A stretch of 64,000 bases of DNA from Hypanus sabinus (taxonomy: Eukaryota). The notes under the pieces are model-generated. The model was not told the origin of the DNA. It saw only the letters and a list, made by a program, of their open reading frames with translations, and searched no databases. The stretch is taken from assembly GCF_030144855.1 (NCBI RefSeq), contig NC_082718.1, positions 90,148,001 through 90,212,000 of the forward strand, read 5' to 3'. The translations under genes were made by a program, and so were the position numbers. This document shows positions 37,037-50,345 of this stretch, piece by piece; the stretch's first letter is position 1, and every line of letters begins with the position of its first letter.

Positions 37037-40000
37037 CTTTTTTCTTTTTAAATCTTTTTATTAGTTTTAAACAAACCTAAATGAAACATGAATACAAAAT
37101 GCTTGAGAGTACATAATTAATAGTTTAAATAGACATTCAGATATGTAATAATAAAAATATATAACCTCTCAAACCCAGAACAATAATGAACAAAGAAGTA
37201 AAAAGAGAAAAAAAAAGAAAAACCCCCAAAAAAAAGAAAGAAAAAAAAAGCAAAAAAAAACACTAACCAACATGGGCCATTGAATAATATTAAGTACATA
37301 TACAGTAGTGCCAATAACTCCGAACCTCCATCCAATTAATTAAGGATAATATAAGTAAGGTTTAGGAAAAGACAATTCAACTCATGTGAAAATGTTGAAT
37401 AAAAAGTCTCCAAGTTTCTTCAAATTTAACTGAAGAATCAAAAACCACACTTCTAATTTTTTCTAAACTCAAACAAGAAATTGTTTGAGAAAACCACTGA
37501 AATACAGTTGGAGGATTAATTTCTTTCCAATTCAATAAAATAGATCTTCTAGCCATTAACGTAACAAATGCAATCATTCGTTGAGATGAAGCAGATAAAC
37601 GATTATTATCCGTCATTGGTAAACCGAAAATTGCAGTAAGAGGATGCGGTTGAAAATTAATATTTAAGACTTTTGAAATAATACTGAAGATATCTTTCCA
37701 AAAATTTTGTAAACAAGGACAAGACCAGAACATATGAGTCAATGAAGCAACATCAGAATGACATCTATCGCAGGTTGAGTTAAGATGAGAATAAAATCGA
37801 GCCAGTTTATCCTTAGACATATGAGCTCTATGTACAACCTTAAATTGTATTAGGGCATGTTTAGCACAAATAGAGGACGAATTTACCAATAATAAATTTT
37901 TTTCCCATTGCTCAGTAGATATAGGACAATGCAACTCTTCTTGCTATTCTTAATTTTTTCTGATACATCTAACTGTAAATTCATGATCATCTTATAAATG
38001 ATGGCTACCAAATCCTTTTGATAAGGATTAAGAGCTAAAATTCTATCTGTAATGTCCAATGGACATTCTTTCGAAAAAGACTGTAACTCATTATACAAAA
38101 AATTTCTAACTTGAAACTATCTAAAAAAATGGGTTTTAGGTAAATTATATTTATTAGATAGCTGTTCAAAGGACATAATGTTATCATCCAGAAACAGATC
38201 ACGAAAACATGTTATACCTTTTGTTTTCCATAAAAGAAAAGCTTGATCCATAGATGAAGGCCGAAAAAAATAATTAGATATTATAGGACATGATAAAATA
38301 AATTTATTCAAACCAAAAAATTTACCAAATTGAAACCAAATTCGTAATGTATATCTGACTATAGGATTAGTTATCTGTTTATTCAATTTGAATAAAGAAA
38401 AGGAAATGAAGATCCTAAGATTGAAATCAGTGAAAAATCTTGCACAGATTTACATTCCAAATTTACCCATTGTGGGCAAGTAGCTATAGTCCATTCTTGT
38501 GTCCAGAATATTAAATACCGCATATTGACTGCCCAATAGTAAAATCTTAAGTTTGGTAAAGCCTCCTTCTTAGGCTTCTGTAAATATTTTTTACCCAATC
38601 TAGGATTTTTGTTCTGCCACAAGTAAGAAGATATTTTAGAGTCAATAGTATCAAAAAAAGCTTTAAGAATAAAAATTGGTAATGCTTGAAATAAATATAA
38701 GAATTTAGGTAGTATCATCATCTTAATAGCAATAACTCTACCAACCAATGACAAAGATAGTGGAGACCACCTAATAGCAAGTTGCTTAATTTGATCAATT
38801 AAAGGCAAAAAGTTAACCTTAAATAGATCTTTATGTTTTTTAGTAATTTTAATACCTAGGTAAGTAAAATAATCTGTAACAATTTTATATGGTAAATGTT
38901 TATAAATTGGAACTTGCATATTTAATGGAAATAGTTCACTCTTGTTAAAATTCAATTTATAACCAGAAAAATTACTAAATTGAGCAAGCAAAGACGAAAT
39001 AGCAGGGATAGATTTTTCAGGGTCAGATATATATAATAACAAATCATCAGCGTACAATGATACTTTATAAGTCCTCTCCCCATGGGTAATACCCAGAATA
39101 TTAGGTGATTCACGAATAGCTATAGCCAACAGTTCTAAAGCAATGTCAAATAGTAAAGGACTTAAAGGGCAACCCTGCCTTGTACCACGAAATAGCTGAA
39201 AAAAAGGGGATCTTTGATTATTGGTAAAAACCGAAGCTAAAGGTTTATGGTATATTAATTTAATCCATGATATAAATTTTGAACTAAAATTAAATTGTTG
39301 CATTGTAGTAAATAAATATGGCCATTCAACTCTGTCAAATGCTTTTTCAGCATCTAAAGATATAACACATTCTGGTATTTTAGATGAAGAAGTATAAATA
39401 ATATTAATTAATTTTCTAATGTTAAAAGATGAATAGCGAATTTTAATAAATCCAGTCTGATCTTCAGAAATAATTCGAGGTAATATATTTTCTAATCCAA
39501 TAGCCAAAACTTTACTGAAAATCTTAAAATCCGTATTTAATACGGATATAGGCCGATAGGATGCACATTCAGTAGGGTCTTTATCTTTTTTAAGAATTAA
39601 AGAAATAGAAGCTTCATAAAAAGATTGTGGTAAGTTACCTACACTTAATGCATCTTTAAAAATTTTACAAAGCCAAGGAGAAAGTATAGGAGAAAAAGAT
39701 TTTAAAAATTCTACAGGAAAACCATCTGGACCAGAAGCTTTACCAGAATTCATTAAAGAAATAGCCTTTTGTATTTCAGATTCCGTAATAGGTGTATCTA
39801 AAATTACATTATCCTCAACAGTTACTTCTGGAATATTCAATTTCCTTAAAAATTCATTTATTATAGAAGAGTCCTTAGTGAATTCTGATTGATATAAGGA
39901 GTTATAAAAATCTTGAAAGGCTCTATTTATCTCTTTGTGATCGATCGTCAGAGTACCATCTTGTTTACGAATTCTAGTAATCTGTCGTTTATCCGAAACA

Positions 40001-40200
40001 ATTTTCAATTGGTTAGCCAATAATTTACCAGACTTATCTCCATGCATATAGAATTGAGTTTTTGATTTAATTAACTGACTTTCAATCGAAGAGGATAATA
40101 ATAAACTATGTTCCATTTGAAGTTCCACTCTTTCTTTATAAAGTTCTTTACTAGGAGTCATTGAATAAATTTTATCAATTGCTTTGATTTTATCAACTAA
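37037..40200 (-). mobile_element. L1-clade LINE copy A, 5'-truncated, RT domain retained
   Basis: DAEKAFDRV, GTRQGCPLSP, YADD, C-terminal CCHC-like region; A-rich tail; 11-bp TSD TGTCAGAAGTT (37026-37036, 40201-40211). Confidence 0.95.
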
Positions 40201-40269
40201 TGTCAGAAGTTGTAAATACATTCACAGCTTAGAAACTTTATACACATATGAGTATGTTACGTTGAGTGT

Positions 40270-40672
40270 ACTTGGCCTTGGAGCTACAGGATGAGAGGTG
40301 ACCTGATAGAGGGGGATAAGGTAACAAGGAGCATTGATCATGTGGATAGCTAGAGGCTTTTCCCCAGGGCTGAAATGGCTAACACGAGGGGGTATAGTTT
40401 TAAGGTGCTTGGAAAAAAAGGTACCAAGGGGATGTCAAGGGTAAGCTTTTCACACAGAGTGGTGGGTGTGTGGAATGCACTGTCAGCAGCAGTGGTGGAA
40501 GCAGATACAACAGGATCTTTTAAGATCCTCTTAGATAGATACTTGGAGCTTAAAAAAAGTAGAGGGCTACGCGCTAGGGAAATTCTAGGCACTTTCTAGA
40601 ATAGCTTACATGGTCGGCACAACACTGTGGGCCGAAGGACCTGTAATGTGTTGTAAATTTCTATGTTCTATG
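40270..40672 (+). mobile_element. CR1 LINE 3' fragment
   Basis: NTRGYSFKV...RVVGVWNAL peptide, TTCTATG-type tail. Confidence 0.7.
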
Positions 40673-40790
40673 TACATTACACATAAAGCTTTCTACTTTA
40701 AATTTATGAACTGAGAATCAACTTGCCAAGGCACAAGTGACTAAACAACATGGCACTTCCCACGGTCAGTTTATATATACAAACACACAA

Positions 40791-41600
40791 CAGCATATTC
40801 CAGTTAATTGGGATACATTCAGACCAGCACATTTTGGTCCAATTAAGTGGCTGCCCCAATTAGCCAAAGTTTCATGGATATAGATAAAAAGGAATAAAAA
40901 AGTCAAACTACTATCTGAGTAACAAATTATGTATTTAAATGAAATATAGAACAAATTAGAACACTATCAATACTACTACAGTACTATAAAACTATGTAGA
41001 AGTTCATGATAGTTATTGACAGAAGAATTCATTCAATATATGCTGCCGTGTTTTTCTGATTGACTGTAAACGAACAAAATTAGCACAGACCTAGTGTAGA
41101 TTATGGACTGCCTTCATACAATGCTTTCTATGATTAAATCTTCCAAATCTTCATTTTCAATGTAACATTCAAGATGACTGTTGATACCTTCAAATTCTTC
41201 ATAGTTCTTAACATGTTGAAGTAGTGGTATAGTTTCATTTTCACTCCAGGTCATTTCTGGATCTCCAAGCTTGATTGCTTGAAACTGCACTGAGCAAAAC
41301 AGTTCTGAATTGTCTCTCTACTTTTTTTCTTGCTAACTATCAGTGATAAAAATTACTACTTTTTGAACACAAACATACACAACTGACCCTATTTAAAAAC
41401 TGTTTGCTCTGAGCACGGTGTAGAATCTAAGGTGACTGATGCTGTTTGGCAACAGTCTCCTGTCCCAGTTAAGCAGCACTGTATCCCAAATAAACAAAGA
41501 GAATCCCAGCTATTTCCTCAATTAGGTTTTGCTCTTTGAGTTTTCCCAAATAAACAGCTACCCTGATTTTAAAAATGGCTCAATTAACCTGAATCCACCG
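40791..41600. mobile_element. Degenerate Tigger/pogo-like DNA transposon remnant
   Basis: Imperfect TIRs CAGCATATTCCAGTTAATTG / CAATTAACCTGAATCCACCG followed by TA; family assignment tentative. Confidence 0.5.
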
Positions 41601-42143
41601 TACATATAGGTGCATACAGAACTTGTGTTCATTTCTACATGTATAATTAATGAATATTAATTAATATTAATGATGAATTCGTTATTTAATGAATACTGGC
41701 CCAGATCTTGATAGGCTTGACCTATTGCCCACAGTCACCATTCTTGTTCCCCACTGTGCCCATACTTAACTGGGCTGCTAGCAACCCTATACTCTCGAGG
41801 TCAATGCTAAGGTCAGAATAGTGATTGGGTAAACTCGGAGATTGTGGGACTGGTACAAGTGCTGAGTTTACCAAGCATGACAGAAGATAAAGCTGCGGCT
41901 GGACTTTGCCAAAAGTGGCGACTGCTAGGCATTTTAACGTCTTTGAAATCAATAACAATAGCAAAACACTACAAATTAAAAACATTAAACAGAAGCAAGA
42001 CATTTTAAAAAGTACATTTTCCTCCTTTGTAGGTCACTATAAAGTTGGAAATCTTAGTGAGCCTGGGCTCTACTATTGGTTTCCGTGTCTGTCCAATAAT
42101 GAAGCAGTGTGCCAGATATGACTGTCTGATGTCTCATACTTAC

Positions 42144-42164
42144 AGTCATTTCAATTACTGAACT
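42144..42164 (-). CDS. TCTN1: Tectonic-1 exon 7, 21-nt microexon (SSVIEMT)
   Basis: ttttag|21 nt|gtaagt, phase 0, at the position of the short human exon (recalled VPDSRKK); peptide not conserved. Confidence 0.65.
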
Positions 42165-42279
42165 CTAAAATTTTCAATTGGGAACACTATCAAAATTCAG
42201 TGACATTCATCCCATTAGTTTGTACATTACATTTTGGAACAATCACTGAACATGAAATATTAAACTGTGGAAAACTTAC

Positions 42280-42392
42280 TGGAAGAATTTTTACATTCAG
42301 GTAATTGCTTATACTGAATGCTGGAAGACTTGTGCAGTTTGTTGATTTCTGTATCCTTCGACTGCAGTGTGTTGTTTGATCTATCAAAAAAG
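42280..42392 (-). CDS. TCTN1: Tectonic-1 exon 6 (AFLIDQTTHCSRRI...KILP)
   Basis: 113 nt, AG/GTAAGT, frame-consistent. Confidence 0.92.
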
Positions 42393-43274
42393 CTAAGATA
42401 CAAAGAAATAAGAGTCAAACATCACTAACTAAAACACTATAAATACATCATAATGCAGACTTGTTTTCTTGGATACCCCTGCACCCTTAGGTTATGTAGA
42501 AAACCAGAATCTCATTGACAGATTCAAAACTGAAATACATGGAAGGGCATGAAGTTACTCTGCTTTTGTGTTAGATACACACTATTATAGACCTAAAGAG
42601 TTCAAGCTGATCCATTTCATGGCAAGCAATTTGTTGACATCATTCTGATTAATAATGGCCAACAAAACTCCCTCAGAGTCCCATTTTTCTAAGTTTTAAT
42701 TGTTGATGTTAGCTTCAAAATAAGGAATGAATTATATATATACATATTTAAATAGCTTTCCTCATCACAGTCTTCCAGAGAAATTCAGCAGGTCCAGCAG
42801 CAGTTATTTAACTTCACAAGCACCCTTATACAATGCATTCCTTATACCTACATAAATGGCTTTAGATAAACTTATCACCCTTGAATGGCACAAAAAGGGA
42901 GCTTAAGGCAAAGGAATGCTTATGAGGCAGTGACTAAAATATGATAGAATTCACCTTGCAGTTTGAGGGAGAAGCTCGATGTATGTTACAATGGAGTTAA
43001 AGTAATAACAGAGGCATGAGAGAGGAGTGTCGTGGTTTCTTGTGCCCCACAAACAACCAGGAGACGCAGAAGATTCTTCAAGAAGTGTTAAACTTTAATT
43101 TGCAAACCAAAGCTGAGACAGTCAGTGAGCTAGTTGCTGATTCCCCACCGATCCTTGTGCATAGCATTTTTTATAGCAATTTCCTGGTTTAGTTGTATTA
43201 GCATATCCAATCGGTCTACAGTTGCGTATCACCAGTACATTAGCTCCAAACTTCCCACTATTGTTTCTACCCAT

Positions 43275-44087
43275 TGTTATGATCCCAGCCCCCTCCTTTG
43301 TGAGAATCACAAGAGCACCCGTCGAAAGGGGGGGGGGGGTCAGTAGACCCAGTCGGGGGGGGGGGGGGTGAGAGAGAGAGAGAGAGACGTGCCAAATTGC
43401 AGGTCCCACCAGGGATACAGAATAAAGACAACAGCGACTATTGTCTCATGGAGACTACGTGAAAAGCCCTTGGGCAAGGTGGGCTGGTTGAGAGAGAGAT
43501 TGCATCATCACAACCTGATTGACACCTGTGACCCCGTGAGGAAGTATAAAGGAGAGTCTCAGGGAGACAGCCCCCTCAGACGCATCAAGAAGACACGAGA
43601 GTGTTCCCGCAGCAGCGGGAAGCCATTCTGAAGGAAGCCACGTGCATTAGATTCCGGGATTGGAATCTGTGGCTGGAATCACAGAAAACCGCTTTTAACT
43701 AACATCGGGGAGAGGAAACCAACGCTCCCCCGATTTCACAGAAGATTCATCGGCAAGTTCTTTCTCTCCTCCCCCAATCTCTCTCTCTCGGTCGCCCCAC
43801 GGAAAAACCCAGCGATTTTCAAAGGGCTGAGGCCTGCAGACTTTGAGGGACTTTTATATTTCCAACGGACAATCTATTAACCCCTAGACACCAGCAGAGC
43901 TCACTTCTTAACGGTGATTATAACTATACCCGCGCTTTAGATTGAGTGTTGACGATGTGCACTATCTGAATGTTTGTATTAACCCTACTTTTATGTCCCT
44001 TTATCAATAAAAATGTTTGAAAATAGTGACATCAGACTTCAACGGACCTCTCTATCTTTGCTGGTAAGTTCTCCAGTTATCGTAACA
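43275..44087 (+). mobile_element. Solo LTR nested in the ERV LTR
   Basis: TGTTATGAT...ATCGTAACA termini, 4-bp TSD CCAT, TATAAA ~43545, AATAAA ~44006. Confidence 0.85.
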
Positions 44088-44631
44088 CCATTAACTTAAT
44101 CATGTTCTAATCTACTTTTTGGGCCATGTGTTACCTCATCCCTGGCCACAATTATCTCTTAGCTAGCCTCTCATTAACACACCATTATCTTCTTATTTGG
44201 CAACATTCTTAAGTCACTAATGTGTTCCAATTAACACACCATTATCTTCTTATTTGGCTACATTCTTAAGTCACTGATGTGTTCAAGTGTTAAAGTCACT
44301 GATAGTACAAAGACAATACAGAGATTTCATTCTCCTACTAAATTGGATACATACATAGCAAATAGCAAATACAAAGCTGACTACATAGTTTTGGTTACAC
44401 AGCAAACAATGCAACTTTATACTCCAATATATCCCCCCTTTGGGGTCTCACACAGAGAAAGAAGACTAAGAGTACGCGCACAAAAGCCCCAGTAAACTCA
44501 AGCATTTATTCCCAAATCTCGGGTTAACCTATAATTTTTCTGCGCCAAGACCTCAAAGTATTCTCTCCCTGTTACCTTGGGCTGCTGAACCAAAAACCTG
44601 TCCCTTTGTACCTGAGACAGGGGAAAAAAAC

Positions 44632-46100
44632 TCAGAAGCCCTTACAATCTACTCCCATACTGTTGTTTTGCTCTTGTTCATCCTGCAGGTGTTGTAGGCT
44701 GTAACAATACATCTTCGGTGCTTCTTTCTCCACTATGCTTGCTTCAGTAATTGCCATGAGCATCGGAAATTGTTTGGTTGCAGCACGCACTACAAGAGAC
44801 TTGAGGTAAGGAAGAGAACAGCACAGCACAAGCGCATAGCTCAACAATACAATACTGACAGTTATTGCCATTTTAGTCAGCCTTGCTCCCCATCCTCCGA
44901 GTCTACTTTCTAACCAGTCAAATACCTGATGTCCGAACCCTGCATTCTGTTTAACTTCCTTTCTTAGACTTTTAAACTTATACATTACCTTAGTAAACGA
45001 TCCTTCTGGACTAATGTTATTTGGTATAAAGGTACAGCACTTCTCTCTAAACATCACACAAACTCCTCCTTTTTCTGCCAACAGCCAGTCCAATGCTTGT
45101 CTATTCTGCCACGCCATTTTGCTAGTTGCATCTAACTGTTCTCCCAAGGCCTCCAGTGCATCATTGGTGTAGTTGATGAATCTTTGCTGATTGTAATATA
45201 TATATAATTTATCCATTCAACATTCTTAATAGTTCCTATCAAGGGTAGAAATGTTTTGAAGCCTGCAGCAATCTCATTTCTCACCTTAAATTTGTTAGGT
45301 ATACCTTTCGGCTGTCCTATACTATCTATCCGGATCGTCGAGTCGGGTTCATATTTTCTTCTTTTCTGCAATAGTGTCTGCTGTTCAGAGATATCAGTGT
45401 TGAAGAGTACTTCAGGGGATACTATAACTTCTTGAAGTAGCATAACACGTGCCCAATTGATGGGAAGCGTAGACCTCCTTCCTTACCACACTGCCACCAG
45501 GTGTCCGCTAAGGGGATGGTCTGTGCGTCCAATGCACCTTCGGGTGGAGGGGAACCTACTATGTGTCTTTCACCTGGAGTTACATCCCACATCTGAGTGC
45601 AGCTACCTCTGAAATGACCCACTGGATGAGCACCTTTCCTCATAAAACATTCATAGTTCAACTTATACTGCATTATAAGCTGTCCAGTGTAGGTGTCTTG
45701 CTTCTTTTGTTTACAGCCCATGGTCTGCTGTAGTTGCAGTCAGAGGCAAGCTTGTGTTGATCAAACTGCAAGGAAGCCTGATATAACATACACCAATATG
45801 GGCACATTGGTGCGTTTCTCATACAGCTTTGATACCAGGGATCTGTTATAACACAAAGCTTCAGGAAGCAAGCCTTAATCGAACCGTCGTTCACATTGCT
45901 CCCTATACTCTCTTTGCCACCGTGTGCAAGTGGAGAAGTTATAAGGCATGGGATCTACATGCTGAGTGGGGCTTTCCCTTGAGCACAGGTAACAATTCTG
46001 TCTCGTCATCATTCCTGCTGTGTAAGTTGCCCATTGATACCACTGATTAGTACATGTCTATAACCATGGCGAGGAGATGAGTGTTGTACTCCTCTTACTT
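44632..46100 (-). pseudogene. env: Gamma-type retroviral envelope pseudogene
   Basis: Env peptides split across frames (44632-45216, 45132-45443, 45422-45721); basic cleavage site QKRRK. Confidence 0.88.
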
Positions 46101-46189
46101 CTTTTCTGTAGGTTCTGTGGGGACTTAACAGTCCCATTCCATATCTGCCACACTAATGGTTTCCAAGTCTGCACTGGAGTATGTGGGTG

Positions 46190-48017
46190 CTTTGGATGAG
46201 TGAAGAAACTGAAAATCACACAAGAAAGAAGTCAAAACTAAGGGAAAAAGGGTAGTAGTAGCTTTCCAATATTCCACTAGGCAAGACAAGGAAAACTACT
46301 ACAATAACAAGTGTGAAGTAGAAATGGAAAATAAGAAAGGAAGGACAAGATTAGTTTTCTTAAAGCTACATGAAATGAAGAGAAAATTCCAGCCTCGCAC
46401 AGGAATGCTACAAGATGCACAAGGTGCCATGCTTAATTAATTTGAGAAGATTAAACAACGCTGGAAGGCATACTGTGAGTCATTATACCAGTAAGATCAA
46501 CCGGATCACGAATATCACCTTATATCTTACCATCAGGAGCCGACAGTGATGAAGGAAGAAGTTGAATCAGCATTAAAAACCTTACCAAAGAACAAAGATC
46601 TTGGCATTGATAGAATTCTAATTGAAATATCATAGCAATCAGACACAGCTGTTGCAATACTGATGATGCTCTGTCAGCTGATCCGGAAGACAACATCATG
46701 GCCAAGTGAGTGGAGGAAATCAGCGTTTTTACCAATATTGAAGAAGGTGATTCGACAGAGTGTGAAAATTATCATTCAATCGCCCTCATTCCAGCAAGAT
46801 TTCACTAAAGATCATTCAGAAGAGACTTCAATCTTATTTGGAGTGGGAGCTTCCTGAAGTGCAAGCTGGTTTCAGGAAAGGAAGGGGAACAAAAGACATC
46901 ATTGTGATTATTATGGATTATCGAGAAGACGAAAGGATACCAGAAAGACATCTATATGTGCTTTATTGACTACAGCAAGGCCTTTGACAAACTATGGATC
47001 ACATTAAGATACATGGCTGTACCAGAAAATTTGATCGTCCATATGTGAAATCTTTACATCAATCAAGATGCAAGTTTGAACTGAACAAAGAGAAACAGAA
47101 TGATTCAGCATCTGTAAAGGGGTACTACAAGACTGTATTCTCTTTCCCCCTGCCTGTTTAATTTGTAAGTCAAACAAATCTTCAGAGAAGCAAGAGTATA
47201 CAGGGAGAATTGAGGAGTGAGAATTGGCAGCAAAATCATCAATAATCTTCATGCTGATGACATGACAATAATGGCTGAAAACGAAAAAGACCTGAAGCAA
47301 CCGCTAACCAACATCAAGGAACATAGTCTCAAGATGGGTCTGCACCTTAACCTGAAGAACAATAAGATTATGACTATTGGCAGCACAACCAATTTCAATC
47401 TCAATGGAGGAGAAATTGAAGTGGTTGACAGTTTCAACTTACTTGAACCAATGACTAACACCGAAGCGGTAAGCAGCCAAGAAACCTAATGAGAAATCAT
47501 CCTTGGCAGAGCAGCCATGAAGGATTTAGAGAAGATCCTTGGGAACAGAAATCTATCTCTACATTCAAAGATTAGGCATGTGCAGGTGATGGAGTTCTCA
47601 ACGACATTATATAGATGTAAAAGTCAGATGGTAAAGAAGAATAGGAAGTGTATCGATGCTTTTGAACTGGGGTGCTGGAGGAAAATTAGCACATCTCATG
47701 GACCTGTCACGGAACAAACAAACTGGTCCTAAGTGAGATCAAACCAAGTCTCTCTCTGAAGGCTCAAAAGACAAGACTCTGCCTATTGAACTTCAGGCAC
47801 ATCATGTGAAGAAACTGCTCCCTGGAAAAGGATATCATGCTCAGTAAGGTGAAGAGAGGAAGGCTGATATTCAGATGGATGGACACAATAAGGACAACTG
47901 TGAGTGCAACATTATCAATAATGAGCCATCTTTGCGAGGATTAAAACACATTTAGGGCAACTATCATTTAGGGTTTCCATGAGTCAACTATGACTTGATG
48001 GCACTTAACAGCAACAG
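46190..48017 (+). mobile_element. Degenerate RTE (BovB-like) LINE
   Basis: IDYSKAFD, INNLHADD, IDAFELGCWRK peptides; RTE-type 3' end with (AAC)n-like tail. Confidence 0.8.
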
Positions 48018-48019
48018 GA

Positions 48020-49365
48020 CTGGAAGCTTTTAAAAAACCAACAGAAGGCAACTAGCCAATAACATAAAAGAAGATACAGAGTGTTTTTTAAGATATATAA
48101 AGAGTAAAATAGAGGCAAGAATGGATAGCGGATTGCTGGAAAATGAAACTGGCGAGGTACTAATGGGGGACAAAGAAATGGTGGACAAATTCAATAAGTA
48201 TTTTTGCATTAGTCTTCACTGTGGAAGTCACCACGGCGTTATGTCAGAAGTTCAAGAGTGTCTGAGGTTAGGAGTAAGTGTAGTTGCTATTACTAACGAA
48301 AAAAATACTTGAAAAGCTGATAAGTAGTTACTGGAACCAGATATACCCCAGGGTTCTGAAAGACATTGCTGAAGAGATTGTGTAGGCATTAGTAGTGATC
48401 TTTCAAGAATCACTAGATTTTGGAATGGTTTTGGAGGACTGTAAAATAACAAATGTCACTCCACTCTATAAGAAAGGAGGAGGTAAATGACAGGACATTA
48501 TAGGCCCATTAGTCCGACTTCAGTGGTTGGGAATATTCTGGAGTCCATTATTAAGGTTGATGTTTTGAGATGCATGGAGGCGCTTGATAAAATAGGCCAA
48601 AGGCAGCATAGTTTCCTTAAGGGAAAATTTTGCCTGACAAATCTGTTGCAATTTATTGAGGAAATAACAGGCAGGATGGACAAAGAACAATCTGTGGATG
48701 TTGTTTACTTGGATTTTCAGAAGATCATGGACAAGGTGTCACACATGAGGCTGCTAAATGAGATAAGAACCCATGGTATTACAGGAAATACATTAATATG
48801 GATGGAAGATTGGCTGACTGGCAGGAGGCAAAGAGTAAGAATAAAGGGGGCCTTTTCTGTTTGGCTGCCAGTAATCAGTGGTGTTCCACAAGGGTCAATG
48901 TTGGGAAAACTTCTTTTACATTATATGTCAATGATCTGGATGACAAGATAGATGTCTTTGTGGTCAAGATGGCAGAAAATACAAAGGTAGGTGGGGGTGC
49001 AGGCAGAGTTGTGGAAGCAGGGGGACTAATTAGTAGAATGGCAAAGAAATGGCAGATGGAATATACTGTAGGGTAGTATGTGATCATGCACTTTGGAGGA
49101 AGGAATAAAGGTGTAGACTATTTTCTCAATGGGGAAACAATTCAGAAATCAGAGGTGCACGGTTTTATCCGTTGGAAGGAAGGCAAATGCAATGTTAGCA
49201 TTCATTTCAAGATGACTAAAATAAAAAAAGCAAAGATGTAATGCTGAGGCTTTATAAGGCATTAGTCAGGCCACGCTTGGAGTATTGTGAACAGTTTTGG
49301 GCTCCTTATCCAAGAAAGATGTGTAGGTATCGGAGAAGAACCTGAGGAGGTTCACAAGAATGATA
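48020..49365 (+). mobile_element. Degenerate CR1 LINE
   Basis: YRPISPTSVVG, VYLDFQK, SGVPQGS peptides. Confidence 0.85.
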
Positions 49366-49514
49366 CGGCATGGATTGTTGCCCAGTGAACTATTTCTGAC
49401 CCAATGTTGCAAAAAAGTTAAAATAATCACCCCAATTTTACAATAACTGAATGATTTTTAGAAATAGTTGTTTTTTAAATTAAACCCATTTGAATTGCCC
49501 TGCCCCTCTCTTAC

Positions 49515-49602
49515 CTGCAGGGTTGTTGTCAGTGCATGTAGTTGTTGCCAAAGGAGCAGGAAGCTTCAGATAACCTCCTCTGACTTTAATAGGCATACCA
49601 TA
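49515..49602 (-). CDS. TCTN1: Tectonic-1 exon 5 (YGMPI...CTDNNPA)
   Basis: 88 nt, CTDNNPA motif, AG/GTAAG. Confidence 0.95.
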
Positions 49603-49807
49603 CTGGGGTTCAAAAATAAAGCAGTGAGTGGATCAATAATAGATTTAAAAAATAGGTAAGGAGAATGACAAATAAATTTGCATATGATACAAAATATTCA
49701 CGCAATGTAAACAGCTATAGGCTTCAGAAAAATATCAATGGATAGGTTAAGTAGGAGAAACGTAGTCAATGAAATTCAATCTATAGAAATGCAGTATCAT
49801 CTAATTA

Positions 49808-50345
49808 AATTCAAAGTAAGTTTATTATCAAAGTACATACATGTCACCATATACGACTCAGATTCATTGCCTTGTGGGCATACTCAATAAATTCAAAGAC
49901 TAATAACCATGACAGAATCAATGAAAGGCCACACCAACTTGGGTGTTCAACCAGCATGCAAAAGACAACAAACGGTACAAATACGAGCAGAGAAAAATGA
50001 CAACAATCAATCAATCAATAAATAAATAGATAGCTAGATAGATAAATAAATAAATAAGCAAGCAAGCAAGCAATAAATATCAAGAACATGAAATTGATAA
50101 TCGTTGAAAGTGAGTCCATAGGTGGTGGGAGCATTTCAATGATAGGGCAAGTGAAGTTGAGTGAAGTTATCCGTTTGGTTCAAGCCTGATGGTTGGGGGG
50201 GGTAATAACTGTTCCTGAACCTGGTGCGTGAGTCCTGAGGCACCTGTACCTTCTTCCTGATGGCAGCAGTAAGACGAGAACATGTCTGGGTGGTGAGGGT
50301 CCCTAATGATGGATGCTGCCTTCCTGCGACAGCATTTCATGTGCA
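49808..50345 (-). mobile_element. Rex1-like LINE 3' fragment containing a compound tetranucleotide microsatellite (~50004-50075)
   Basis: KAASIIRDPHHP peptide; (CAAT)(AAAT)(AGAT)(AAGC) runs. Confidence 0.6.

Larger units (their letters stand above)
43028..46180 (-). mobile_element. Truncated endogenous retrovirus: disrupted env, PPT and 3' LTR (43028-~44429)
   Basis: TM with immunosuppressive domain QNRQALDWLLAEKGGVC, CX6CC motif and membrane anchor; PPT AAAGGGGGGAT; LTR with TATAAA, ATTAAA and terminal CA. Confidence 0.9.

Noticed and set aside
38383-40221. 612-aa RT ORF as an active L1 ORF2 or a host gene
   Set aside because: 5'-truncated, no endonuclease, downstream frameshift and stops; its start lies in flanking DNA
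44632-45216. 194-aa Env ORF as a domesticated syncytin-like gene
   Set aside because: No signal peptide or SU in frame; multiple frameshifts and stops upstream
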